This document shows, in pieces, positions 49,383-60,090 of a stretch of DNA of 64,000 bases. Below the pieces are notes generated by a model. That model was not told where the DNA came from. It searched no databases and saw only the letters and a list, made by a program, of their open reading frames with translations. The stretch's first letter is position 1. Each line of letters opens with the position of its first letter. Made by a program: the position numbers and the translations under genes. Source of the stretch: Camelus ferus (lineage: Eukaryota). The stretch lies in the NCBI RefSeq assembly GCF_009834535.1, contig NC_045705.1, positions 31,000,001 to 31,064,000 on the forward strand. Direction: 5' to 3'.

Positions 49383-50165
49383 ATCCTACTTAAACTCACC
49401 ACTTCCTGTGTGTTTATCATGAGTGGAAGTGAAGCTTAGACTCAGGAGAAGGAGGAAGTGCAGGCAGGGGTTTGCTGACTCTGTTAGAGAGACTTTTCCA
49501 AACCGGGAGTCCTTTTTTAATAAGACTAAATAACGCAGTTGCAGACAGGGTGACCTACAGGCCTGGATGTTCTGAGGGAGATTCTAGATCTGAAATTTAA
49601 AGTTCTCACAGTCCACAGGACTCAGGATGGGCGTGGCATGGCCTCTCCTGAGAGTTAGAGCAGTCTTCAACGGCTAGAGAAAGCCCCTGGTCACAGGAGA
49701 CTGGTGGCAGCTGACGGACTCGGGCCTGGGTGGAACGAGGGCAACCCCCACCCATCCTCATCCTATCCAAACAACTACAGGGCTCCAAGAGCCCAGGGCC
49801 AAAGCCAAGAAGAGCTGCAGCTCTTTTGAACCCTGTGTCCTGCTCCCTGCAACCTGACAGCCCATTACACTTGGGCTTAGGGAATCTTCCTGGACTCTGG
49901 CCTGAGCTGAGAATGCTATAAGCAAGCAAAGAGTGTCCCAGTCTGGGGCCAAAGACAATCAGGAGCTGCAGATCTGTGTGTCTGCCTGCCAGGGAACAGT
50001 ACTTCTCACCCCAGCCAGTCTGGGGTCCGTTCAGCCAGTGGCTGAATGCCTGACATGGAAGTTTTTGCTCTGCCTGTCAACAGTCTGCTCAGCACACCCG
50101 CCATTGCAGTTGGAAGAGGCTTTGCAGCTGTTGCTCTTGGCTACAGAGGGGCTCTGGAGGCTGGC

Positions 50166-50215
50166 CTGGGCTGGGCTGGGCTGGGCTGGGCTGGGCTGGG
50201 CTGGGCTGGGCTGGG
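50166..50215 (+). repeat. (CTGGG)10 perfect pentanucleotide microsatellite
   Basis: Read directly; ten uninterrupted units. Confidence 0.95.
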
Positions 50216-50643
50216 ATGTCATGGGCTGGGCTCAGCTGCAGAATGCTTTGGGGGTGAGGACAGATAGTAAGGTAGTACTACTTCCTGGGCTCTTTCCTAC
50301 CTCTTGGGAGGGCTAAGCTAGTGCTCTTTGCTACCAAACACCTTTTTCCTATTGACAGCATCCCACCCATCTGGGCAGGAATAGGCAAAGGGCCTGACAA
50401 GCAGGGAGCCAGGCTCCTACTGCCAACAACCAAAAATTCCACATTTCTATGGGATGGAAAGAGCCCCTGGGAAGCCAGAGCCAGCCCCTCCCTGCTGAGC
50501 ACTGAAGACTGACGCAAAGCAGGGAATGCTGTAGCTGTCTACAGTGGAAAGTTGGAGCCCTGGTGTGTGGCAGGCGGATGGAGGAGCAGAAAGCAGCTGG
50601 GGAGAGTAAGACTCAGAGGACCTGCTGGGGCAAGGCTAGGACA

Positions 50644-50716
50644 ATGCAGTTCCTGGCTTGGCTAATGGTAGCCACTTGCCTCCTCCCTGGGGTGACTACA
50701 ACTCAGCACCATGCAG
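50644..50716 (+). CDS. FAM180B: FAM180B exon 1 (signal peptide)
   Basis: MQFLAWLMVATCLLPGVTTTQHHA-G|gtaccg; hydrophobic N-terminus; ACAATGC context. Confidence 0.82.
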
Positions 50717-51515
50717 GTACCGGGGCTTTAGATGGGGTAGATGGGGGCCGAGAAAAGCTGTCGGCTGACAGCAGTTACACTTGGTTCTGTTTGAGCCTAG
50801 CAGGGTTTAGGAACTATGAGCATGATGAGTACCAGGCTGACCTGTGCTTCAGTGGGGAATGGTGTGGGCCCCAACCCCAGAACCAGAAAGGTCCAGGTGA
50901 AGTGAATGGAGATAGCCCTAGGTGCTCTCAATGGGCCTTGGGCTTATTCCAGCTGATGTGCGAAGTAGGACCTCTTGATCTGCCCTGGGCTTAGGACAAT
51001 CATTCCAAGGGCTAGGCAGCACCCCCAAGAGGGGTGAAGGAAGCTGCAACAGACATCCTGCCTTGCCTGGCCTCCCTGCCTTGCACACGGTCACTTACTG
51101 AGGAGCAGGGAAGGAATAGGTTTTTCTCAAAGGGATCCTCAACCTTTGAGGAGGGTCACTGGCACTGTTTTAGGTCACGCTGTCCCCAGATGATTATAGG
51201 GAGGGAAGATGGGAAGTGAAATGTCTTGTGACTCGTTGGCCTGGAACTCTTGGCTAAGGGAACTGTAGAGGTTCAGGGAGGAGTCCCGGACATTTGCTGA
51301 GATGGTATCTGGGTTTGGGATGATGCTTTTGGGATCATAAGACCTATGCCTGGGAGAGAATGTCAACATGCATTTGTGTGTAGGGGAAGGTGGACATGGG
51401 ATGGCATTCCTATTTTCTAGATAGAAGAACCTCTAAGCACCTCTAGGCACTTCTGGGAGGCTGGGGTGTTCAGGGTGGTGCTTGGCAGGGGCCTGACTCC
51501 TCTCTGCTGCCCCAG

Positions 51516-51586
51516 GGCAGTCCATGGACAGCACCATCGTGGGAGGTGGCCTGCAGAAGCCAGAGGCCCCGGAAGTGATGTTTGAG
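51516..51586 (+). CDS. FAM180B: FAM180B exon 2
   Basis: cccag|(G)QSMDSTIVGGGLQKPEAPEVMFE|gtcttt; 71 nt; frame consistent; weak donor. Confidence 0.85.
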
Positions 51587-51798
51587 GTCTTTCCTCCAGC
51601 CTGGGACATGGGGGTGCGGGTGTCCAGAGGTCCCTAAACTCCGGGTCAGGGTGGGGGATGCCTCAAGCTGGGGTTGCTGGGGGAGGGAGGGGGAACCCAG
51701 CATGGTCCTACTGCCTGCTTATGCCCCACCCTGGCCCACTCTTGCTTCCTGTCCTGCTCCCTAGGCCCAGCCCACCCCTTACGTGGCTCCCCTTGCAG

Positions 51799-52194
51799 CT
51801 GCTCTGGGCTGGGCTGGAGCTGGATATCATGGGGCAGCTGCACATCCAGGATGAGGAGCTGGCATCCACACGTCCAGGTCGCCGACTCAGGCTCCTCCTG
51901 CAGCACCACGTGCCTAGTGACTTGGAGGGAGCTGAGCGGCAGCTGCAGCAGTTCCAGAGCCTGCGGAAGGGACCTCCTCTTAGCCCCTGGGACTTTGAAC
52001 ATCTGCTCCTCACAGGCCTGTCCTGTATCTACCGGCTCCACGTGGCTAGCGAGGCTGAGGCGCGAGGTCGCTGGACCCAGGTCTTCACCCTCCTGGCACA
52101 GGAAACACTCTGGGACCTGTGCAAGGACTTCTGCCCGCAGGGCCAACCCCCTTCTCTGGGGCCCTGGGCCTCTACCCTTGACCCCTTGCCCTAA
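51799..52194 (+). CDS. FAM180B: FAM180B exon 3 (terminal)
   Basis: ttgcag|LLWAGLELDIMGQLHIQDEELAS...WDFEHLLLTGLSCIYRL...STLDPLP*; spliced total 179 aa. Confidence 0.92.
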   Translation: MLWAGLELDIMGQLHIQDEELASTRPGRRLRLLLQHHVPSDLEGAERQLQQFQSLRKGPPLSPWDFEHLLLTGLSCIYRLHVASEAEARGRWTQVFTLLAQETLWDLCKDFCPQGQPPSLGPWASTLDPLP

Positions 52195-53326
52195 CCCTCC
52201 CCTTCTGTCTGTCATTCTCCCTCCCCCCACTCCTCACCTTAGCCAGACCCATTTGGGCAGGGGCTTCCATCTGGCACCTGGTTCTTCCCACTGTGTTCAG
52301 GCCTCTGGGCTTGGCTTGTACCCAGGACCCCGCTTACCCCTCCCTCATATCTCCTTCCTGGGCCCATGCTCTGGGGCTTAGGCAGCAGGCACAGACCTAA
52401 GGGCAGGACTTGCAGGCAGTGTGTGTGTGTGTACTGAGATCAGGGTTGAGAAGTGTGTTTAAGAAATGCTGAAAGGGAAGTTGCTCCCAAGTAAGGCCAG
52501 GTCAGACCCTCCAACTCTTACTCTGACAGTCCATGAGAGGTCCTGTGGAATCTACAGGGAAGTTGCAAGTGCTCAGTGCCCAGTCCTGCTTTAGGTACCC
52601 TCTTAAACCCAACCAAGGCTCTGGGGTCCCTGAGTCTCCAAGTCCCCATCTGGGCTAGGAGAAGAGACTGAACAGACTGGACATTTTTAGTTCAGCCTGT
52701 TGGAGGATAGGAGGGAAGTAGGTGGAGGACTATTACCTTTTCCCGCGCAGATGTTTTTTGGTGCATCTCAACAAGACTCAGAGGAGGGAATGAGGCTGGG
52801 AGGGGACTGAGGCAGGCTGGTGTAGCCCTGATCCTGTGTAACTCACCCCATAAAATGTTTTCTTCTGGCCTCCTGGAGCCCTGTGTCCTTCTGTGTCAGA
52901 GTAAGTTGTTTAACCCCTGCCCTGACCAAATCACCCTCCCCATTCCGGGAGAGCAGGAATCAGGGCAACCAGGTATCAATCAACTGCTCATCCAATTCAC
53001 AAGCCCCACTGGAAGAAGAAATATATTGTTTCCTTGAATCCCATACCCCTCAGTGAGGCAGGAGGTGATGTCCTTTGTCACAAAAAGGAACCAGACGAGC
53101 CCTAAGAATGATGCTGTTGGTCAACAGGGAGTTGACTGGAAAGGAACATGAAGGGAGTCCCACAACGGGGTTAGGCGAGTAGGGGTCAATCAAATTCCCA
53201 CCCCCTCGTCCTTCCAGGACCTGACCAAACCCTGTCCTCTGCCCTCCGACCCCCACCCGAGACACAAAGCGCCGTAGTCAAGACATAGCGTAGGACCCAG
53301 GCAAACAGGCGCCGGCGCAGGCCCAC

Positions 53327-53332
53327 TTTATT
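53327..53332 (-). terminator. C1QTNF4 poly(A) signal AATAAA
   Basis: tttatt on + strand about 115 nt past the stop. Confidence 0.8.
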
Positions 53333-53448
53333 GGCAGAGCACCCGCGCTGGGGGGCCCTCATGCTCGCGCCGGCGGGGCGTTCGGGCCGCGGTCCCGCCT
53401 CGGCATGCACGCCCCCGGACCGCCCCGGGCTCCTCTCGGGTTCCGGGC

Positions 53449-54432
53449 TCAGAGCTCCGGGGGCCCGAGGCCGGGCGGGCCGGGCGGGCCGNNNNNNNNN
53501 NNNNNNNNNNNNNNNNNNNNNNNNNNNNNNNNNNNNNNNNNNNNNNNNNNNNNNNNNNNNNNNNNNNNNNNNNNNNNNNNNNNNNNNNNNNNNNNNNNNN
53601 NNNNNNNNNNNNNNNNNNNNNNNNNNNNNNNNNNNNNNNNNNNNNNNNNNNNNNNNNNNNNNNNNNNNNNNNNNNNNNNNNNNNNNNNNNNNNNNNNNNN
53701 NNNNNNNNNNNNNNNNNNNGTCTTGCGCGGCAGCTTGCCCAGTGTGAAGGAGAAGAAATAGGCGCCGGGCAGGCGACAGCGGAACACGCCGGCAGCCGCG
53801 TCGAAGTCGCCGCCGATGTTGACGAGCTCCGTGTCGAAGGCGAGCGGCCGGTGCCGCGGCCCCGGGCCAGCGTCCGAGCCCACCAGGCTGCGCGTGCGCG
53901 CTGCCGAGAAGGCCGAACGCGGCTCGGGGGGCGCGGGCGGCCCGCGCGCAGGCGCGTCGGCGTCGGCGTACACCAGGTAGCCGCTGAAGGTGGCGCCCGG
54001 CGCGCCCAGCGCGTACTGCGGGGCGCCGTGCAGCCGCAGCCACACCGTGTCGCCGTAGTCGAGCTGCAGCATGGCGCTCTGGCTGGCGGCGCGTCGCGTG
54101 CCGGGGCGCCGCTGCTCGTCGAAGGCCAGCGCCTGCACCTCGTCGCGATTGCGCACCAGCATCACCGACAGGCTCTTGTGCGGAGCCTTGCCAGCGGTGA
54201 AGGAGAAGAAGTAGGCACCGGGCACGCGGCAGCGGAACTGGCCGGTGGCCGCGTCGAAGTCGCCCCCGATGTTCACGTACACTTTGTCGAAGGTCACCGC
54301 CATCTCCGACGTTCCCTCCAGCGGGGTGGTGCGTGCCGCTGAGAAGGCCGAGCGTAGCTCTGACGAGCCCGCTGACGGGCCCAGTGCCCAAGAGGCGGCC
54401 GGGCCCAGCAGGCCCAGCAGGAGCGGCAGCAT
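53449..54432 (-). CDS. C1QTNF4: C1q/TNF-related protein 4 (signal peptide plus two tandem C1q domains); partly N
   Basis: MLPLLLGLLGPAASWALG...SAFSAARTT...FDKVYVNIGGDFD...second SAFSAARTR...FDTELVNIGGDFD; acceptor cccag|GCGCCATG at 54437; 327 aa. Confidence 0.96.
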   Translation of the reverse strand: MLPLLLGLLGPAASWALGPSAGSSELRSAFSAARTTPLEGTSEMAVTFDKVYVNIGGDFDAATGQFRCRVPGAYFFSFTAGKAPHKSLSVMLVRNRDEVQALAFDEQRRPGTRRAASQSAMLQLDYGDTVWLRLHGAPQYALGAPGATFSGYLVYADADAPARGPPAPPEPRSAFSAARTRSLVGSDAGPGPRHRPLAFDTELVNIGGDFDAAAGVFRCRLPGAYFFSFTLGKLPRKXXXXXXXXXXXXXXXXXXXXXXXXXXXXXXXXXXXXXXXXXXXXXXXXXXXXXXXXXXXXXXXXXXXXXXXXXXXXXGPPGPPGLGPPEL

Positions 54433-54595
54433 GGCGCCTGGGAGGGGAGGCACAAGGGCAAAGATAGGAGGGTTGGGCAGGGGTGACCTCCAAATCTCCT
54501 GAGCTGCCGGAGCTGCGGACTGGGAGATGGGTTCCCTTCACTGCCCAGCCCTTGACCCACAACTAGGACTTGGTTTCCTACATACTCGGACTAGG

Positions 54596-54765
54596 TCAGT
54601 GGTTCTCCAATTTACATAGCACCTGGAGGGCCTGTTAAAACACACATTATTTGGCCCCACCCCTACCTCACCTGGAAGGAAGCCTGAGAATTTGCATTTC
54701 TAACAAGAACCCAGGTAATGTAGATGCTGCTAGTCCAGGGACCACCACACTTTGGGAACCATTAG
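54596..54765. mobile_element. MER5A-like hAT MITE
   Basis: cagtggttctcc...cctgagaatttgcatttctaacaag...cacactttgggaacc. Confidence 0.75.
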
Positions 54766-55865
54766 ATGAGGCTAGTGAAATTTTTTTCCTTTTTTTGTAA
54801 CCACCGAACCCCCTTCTCAAGTGAAAGCTCAGACGTATATCATGCATACAAGCAGAAATGCTCTGGTTGAAGGGGCCTGTAGCCCTGTTTGCTGTGCTTA
54901 CCACATCTCCTTGATACCCAGGGGCCCTGGGAACACAGAGGGCGGTCAGAAGATCTCTGAATTTCCTTCAGCCTCCGGTTTGCTGCGCTTTCCTGCCTAT
55001 TCTGTGGTCCTTGACCGGCCCTCACTCAGAAACTGGCTCTTTATACTGATACCCTTCATGATGGTTGCTGTTTAGGCCCTCACCTGGGCAGGAAAGGAAA
55101 CAGCTGCTCCCTGACCCTTTTGCCGCCCTCTCACTCAGTCAGGGGTCAGCTCTCACACCGAACCTCTGAACTCTCCAGGGGCCCTTCTTGCACTAAAGAG
55201 GCCAGAAAGTTGGGCTTTGAGGTAGTTCCCTCCCACCATGAACTCAGAGTAAGAGAAAAGGACTCAGTCTTCTGGGCTTGGGGGCTGGTCATTGAGAGGG
55301 AAAGCCAGGGGCTGCAGGGGATAGAGAGGGAGGGTAACAATTCCAGAAGGGCTTTGGCAAGTCTGTGAGGTCAGCTGCTTGGTTCCTCAGTAGTGGGGAA
55401 GGGGAGGGAACCGACAACTAAACCTGGGCTCAGGTCCTGGCTCTATCCTTTACATGCTGTGAAATCTTAGGAAAGTTCCTTACTTTCTCTGGGCATGGTG
55501 CCCTCTGTGTAAGTGGGGAGGACACCTGCCTCACAAGTTTACACTGAGGATGCTCTGAGATACCAAGTGTGAACATGGTTTGTGGACAGTGGTGCCGCCC
55601 AGGTGTGCAGATACTTCTGCTCTTAACCTTGAGAAAAGCTATCTGATCGGGCTCTTGACATAAGGGGTTAGCGACTCAGTAACTCCTACCCTGGAGGCAA
55701 AGTGGAGGCAAAGCAGGAAAGAAAATGAGCTAGCAACAGCTTAGGACATAGGCTTCTATAGGAAATGCCCTGGGAATGTGTGTACCTTTATGTCTCTTAG
55801 AGACACTGAGGGTCTGCTGAGAAGGGCTGCCAGGTGCAACTGTGCAGCTGTACCGCACACAACAG

Positions 55866-55903
55866 GGACGTTCACCTGAGGGGAGGACGTTCACCTGAGG
55901 GGA
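55866..55903 (+). repeat. Perfect 19-bp tandem duplication (GGACGTTCACCTGAGGGGA)x2
   Basis: Read directly. Confidence 0.9.
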
Positions 55904-57249
55904 GGTGGGCACTGAAGTCCAACCTATGTTCTACTTGCCCAACTGTGTGGAATGGCTGCACCTGGGGGAACGTGCGCCTTTATGTAATTCTGATAAAAAA
56001 GACCCCAAGTCCCTAGCCCAGCTGAACACTCTCTCCCTCCAGAGGAAGTACCTGTTCTCATTATTATAAAGGTGCCCCATGGGCTCCCCAGTACCCTTGG
56101 TGAGGGCAGGGAGGCTGGGGAGCCCATCTGCACCTCACAGTATTTGGTGCATTCCCTTTCACAAAGCTCTTTGGGCACATCTGATCTCACACCAACCTGC
56201 AAGTCAGGTGGCCCTTCTCCCATTTTATAGCGGAGAAAGCCAAGGCCCAGTATGAGAAAACATTTTGGCCCAAGGTCACCCATGAAGCACTGAGGCAAGC
56301 CTTGAACTGAGGTCTTTTGACTCCAAGTTCAGTGTGCTTTCCTCTCCACCACCTTTCCCTTCTGAACATGAATATTTCCAGCCAACCTGTCATCTGCCTC
56401 AGTTTCCCTTTTGGCAAAAATAGGAGGGGAGAGAAGTAGAATGGGTTTTGGGATCTAGGGTGAAGGGGAAAGAAAGCAAAACCAAACAAAACCAACCAAC
56501 CAAAAACTAGCATTGTTGTCTTCTGGGAGTATGGAAACATCTCCATTTTTCCTAACCTTGCTGCTGTCCCAGCGAGTCTTGGTCCAGGGGCACCTGCTCA
56601 CCCTACCCTCAGCAATCTCCCTGCCGAGCCTGGTGCACCCTGCCGGTGCCAGAAGGTCCTCCTGTGTGTCCAGTACCCAGCTTTCATTTCACCCACCACT
56701 GCCCATTTCCCAGATCCTTGGTCCCCCATCCTTCCCTAAACCCCCTTTCCAGAGCAGGTCAGAGGTGAGAGGGTGTCCGGCGGGCATCACAGCTCCAGGG
56801 AAGGAAATGGCTGTTCCTAGCTCTGTCCAGGTGAAGCTCAAAATTATCATCTTCAAAGAGAAAAAACTAGGGCACAGAGAACTGGACAGACCCAGAGCTC
56901 CGGAATCCACGGGGGAGATGCAGCCATGTCAAAGGGAATTCCAGAGACCCCCCACCTTCCCGCATCAAACCCCACTCCCAAATCACCCCCTCCCTCAAGC
57001 TCTGACCAAACCACCCTCCCCACCTACCTTGAAAGCCCCTCAGGCTGCCGACAAGATAAGTCCGTCCCCCTTACAAGGAAGAAGACAATCCTTTCTCATG
57101 GGAAAAAAATATCCCTCAGAAAATGGTACCCCAGACCCTTTTCCCCTCAGACCTTCCTTCATACATCCCTTCGGAGTAAAAGCCCTTGAGCTTCTTTCAT
57201 GAGAAGCTCTCCCAGGTCCTCCTTTCAGGGAAAAAGGACCCATTCCCCC

Positions 57250-57680
57250 GCCCCCGCTTCCAGTTAAGGAGAAAGCCTGGCTCCCCGCGCCCCGGAGCAT
57301 CCCTCACCTGGCTGGGGGCGGCGGTCGGTCGGGTTCGCTCCGAGCCCGCGATCCGGCTCCGGCTCCGGGAGGGCACCGGGCTACGCACTGACCGCCCGCG
57401 CTGCGGCGGGGCCGGGCCTGGCGGGGGCGGCGGGGCCCGCGGAGGCGGGCGGGGCGCTGGGACCCCGGGGTGGGCGCCGGGAGGCGAGGCGCGGGCAGGA
57501 GCGAGGGAAAGAGGACCGCGAAAGAGCGAGCCGCCGGACCCGCGCGAGGAGAGGCGGGGGAGAGGCGGGCAGGGGGAGAGAAGGGAGGGGGAGAGAGAGG
57601 GAGGGGCGCGCCGAGGACCCAGTGCGGGGCCGCAGGGCCCGGGGCACCGCGTGCAGGAGGCCCTTCCTCCTCCGTGACCT
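57250..57680. promoter_or_regulatory. CpG island / C1QTNF4 promoter
   Basis: CpG-dense, GGGGCGG boxes, G-rich purine tract 57545-57610. Confidence 0.8.
57308..57420 (-). other. C1QTNF4: C1QTNF4 non-coding exon 1 (TSS approximate)
   Basis: Donor CCAG|GTGAGG at 57308/57307 in a CpG island; the coding exon needs an upstream exon. Confidence 0.7.
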
Positions 57681-59482
57681 CCCTAGGGCTTCATCCTCTG
57701 GGTCTGGAGAGCAGCCATCAATAATCCAAGTTAGCAGATGGGGAAACTGAGGCCTGAGGAGAGGCCAAGCTAAGGGTGGCTCAGGGCACTCTACAGAGCA
57801 GCCTCCTCCCTGGTTTGAGGAGAGGGGATTGGAGCAGGGCGCAGAGACTGGACGAGGCTCTGGGCTGCAAGGACAGTGGAAGGTGAGGTTTTGGCTGGGA
57901 CAGATGTCCAGGCTGAGTGGCACTGGGGGAGGGGGTCTGAGGGAAAAGAAGGATAAATGGGTCAATGCTGGCAGTAAAGGAAGGGCTTACAGTGACCTGT
58001 TTTCTTCCTCACCGCCAAACTGGAAAATGCCCATGGTTGGTTACGAATGAAGGAGGAAGACAAAGCCCCCAGACATCAGAGGGTGAGCCTGGGCCCCCTG
58101 TGGAGGCGGTAAGGAAGAAGGAGGGGAGTCCTCGGGGCAGAACTGAGTTTTGGCTGGAAAAGCTGCTTCCACAGCGCCTGCAAGGAGGGAGAGGGTTGAG
58201 AAGGGCAATGGGAGGGCTCGAAGGGCCTGTTTGCTGAGGGACGTTGATCACTGACACCTACCTAGTTGGGCCAGTGTGGCAGGACCTAGCAGGGCATCAG
58301 GGCTGGGACAGCTGTCTTCCCACCCCAGCACTCATGGAGGCCCTTCCATGGCTTCCACCCTGGGCTTTGACCCCACCTCAGGGAGGCTGCTCCTCTCTCT
58401 GGACAGCTGTGCAGGGCACTCAGTAGAGGTTGACTGACTGGATGGCTTCTGAAGAGCCCTACTCTCAGCTGCCAGGAGCCAGTCCCCTCTGCCTGCCTCT
58501 GGTTGACTCAGGAGGCCTGGGCTCTAGTCCTGGCTCTGCCACAGACCCTCTGTGCAGTCTTGAGAAGCCTAGTGCCCCGTGAAACCCCCTGCCCTCTGGG
58601 GCTTTCCTTCTGGAACTCTCAGAACTTACAGGATCCCAGTTAATCTAACATGGGTTAGTCCTCCTGAAGGTGTTGACAATGATGATGAACTCAGTAAGTG
58701 TTCTTCTGGGTGTTGGGGGAACGATGAAATGAATGGATATGTGTCTTAATGGAAAGGAATGAATGGAGGCATTTGGGGCTGGGCATGGGAGCATTTGGGG
58801 ACACAAAGTTAAGCGCCTGTCTAGCCCTGTCAGATCACGACTGTCTCCCATCCTTTTCACTAGCTTGAAAAGGCCTGTGTGCGGTGTGGTGGGAGGTGAG
58901 ATAGGGTGAGGGTGGGATGAGCCACACAGCGATGTAGCTGGGGAAGGCAGGGAGCCAACCTGTGGCAGCCACAACCCTTCTTAGGGCAACAGTACCTCTT
59001 CTGGACCAGGAGGGTGGGGTTGCCATCGGAAAGGTGCCTTTTGAAGGTGTGATTCCAATTGTGGGAGGGAAGGGAAGAAGGCAGGACTCTCAAGGCAGGA
59101 CAATTAAATCCTGGTGGGGAGGTCTGTCTCAGGCTGAAAGCCATTTCACACTTTCCCTGGGTCAACAAAAAAGTTTCACTAGAGAAGTCAGGGTAGTGGG
59201 TAGAAACAGGTGACTGAGGCAGATGACAACAGGGTTTACATCCAAGGTTGGGACAAGGTGGAGGCCACTGGCAAAGGGATATGGAGAAAGAGGATGCCAG
59301 GTACTGGTGGGTGTTTTGGGCAGGCTGGGGTGAAGGTAGGGGTGCACCAGAATGGAAGTTAGGAGGCAGCGGGGTTCAGAGAAGAGAGCCCTGGGCTAGG
59401 TTGTAGTTGCTGCCTGCCACTACTTTGTTGTGTGACTACAACAACACAATCATAATTTTCATAGCAAGTTCCTTTCATTGGG

Positions 59483-59923
59483 TGTAGCAGATGCTATCGG
59501 TGCTCCTACTCAAACCCCGAGGCCTACCTAGAGGTCACCTGCGGAGTTCCTGAACCCGCTCCCAGTCTCTCTCCTGAGGCATTCCGAAGTGAGCGTGGGG
59601 CAGGCTGGAAGTGGAGAATTAATGCCTCTAGGGCAATCCTCAACCAAGGAGGGCCCAAAGTTAGTCGATAAAGCCTCCAATTTTCTGTCCCCCTGAAAGT
59701 GGGACAATTCCCAGTCCCTAAGCACATTCCAGTCTCAGAGTGACTTGAGCAGAGTGAAGCCTAAGTTGTCCGCAGGGAGAACTTGCTCATCCCTGTATGC
59801 TCTGCTTTCTTTCTGCCCTTCCTTGTCTCACTCCCTCACCCTGCTTCTGGAATCACCTCCTAAATAAACTACTTGTATCCAAATCTGTCTCAGGGTTGGC
59901 TTTGGGGAACCCAGACTGAGACA
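59483..59923 (+). mobile_element. ERVL LTR (LTR16-like) solo LTR
   Basis: Starts TGTAGCAGATGCT, ends cctaaataaactacttg...ggggaacccagactgagACA. Confidence 0.75.
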
Positions 59924-59929
59924 ATGAAT

Positions 59930-60090
59930 AATAACTGTGTTAAGTGCTTTTTCATTTCACCATTACCTTATTTAATGCCTTAACATCCCCTGAAATAGGT
60001 ACCATTAGCCCAATTTTACAAATAAGGAATAAAGAGGTTAATGCAGAGGCAGGATTCAAACCCAGGTCTGTCTAGCTCCAAACCCAGTCC
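59930..60090 (-). mobile_element. MIR SINE
   Basis: cccaattttacaaataaggaa...gcagaggcaggattcaaacccaggtctgtct. Confidence 0.65.

Noticed and set aside
50822-50957. C-box (ATGATGA) and CTGA motifs in FAM180B intron 1 suggesting a C/D snoRNA
   Set aside because: No terminal stem and no recognisable rRNA or snRNA guide; such motifs are frequent by chance
54433-54453. ORF-track start for C1QTNF4 seven codons upstream
   Set aside because: Non-ATG start in the intron's pyrimidine tract; the real acceptor is at 54437 and the ATG at 54432
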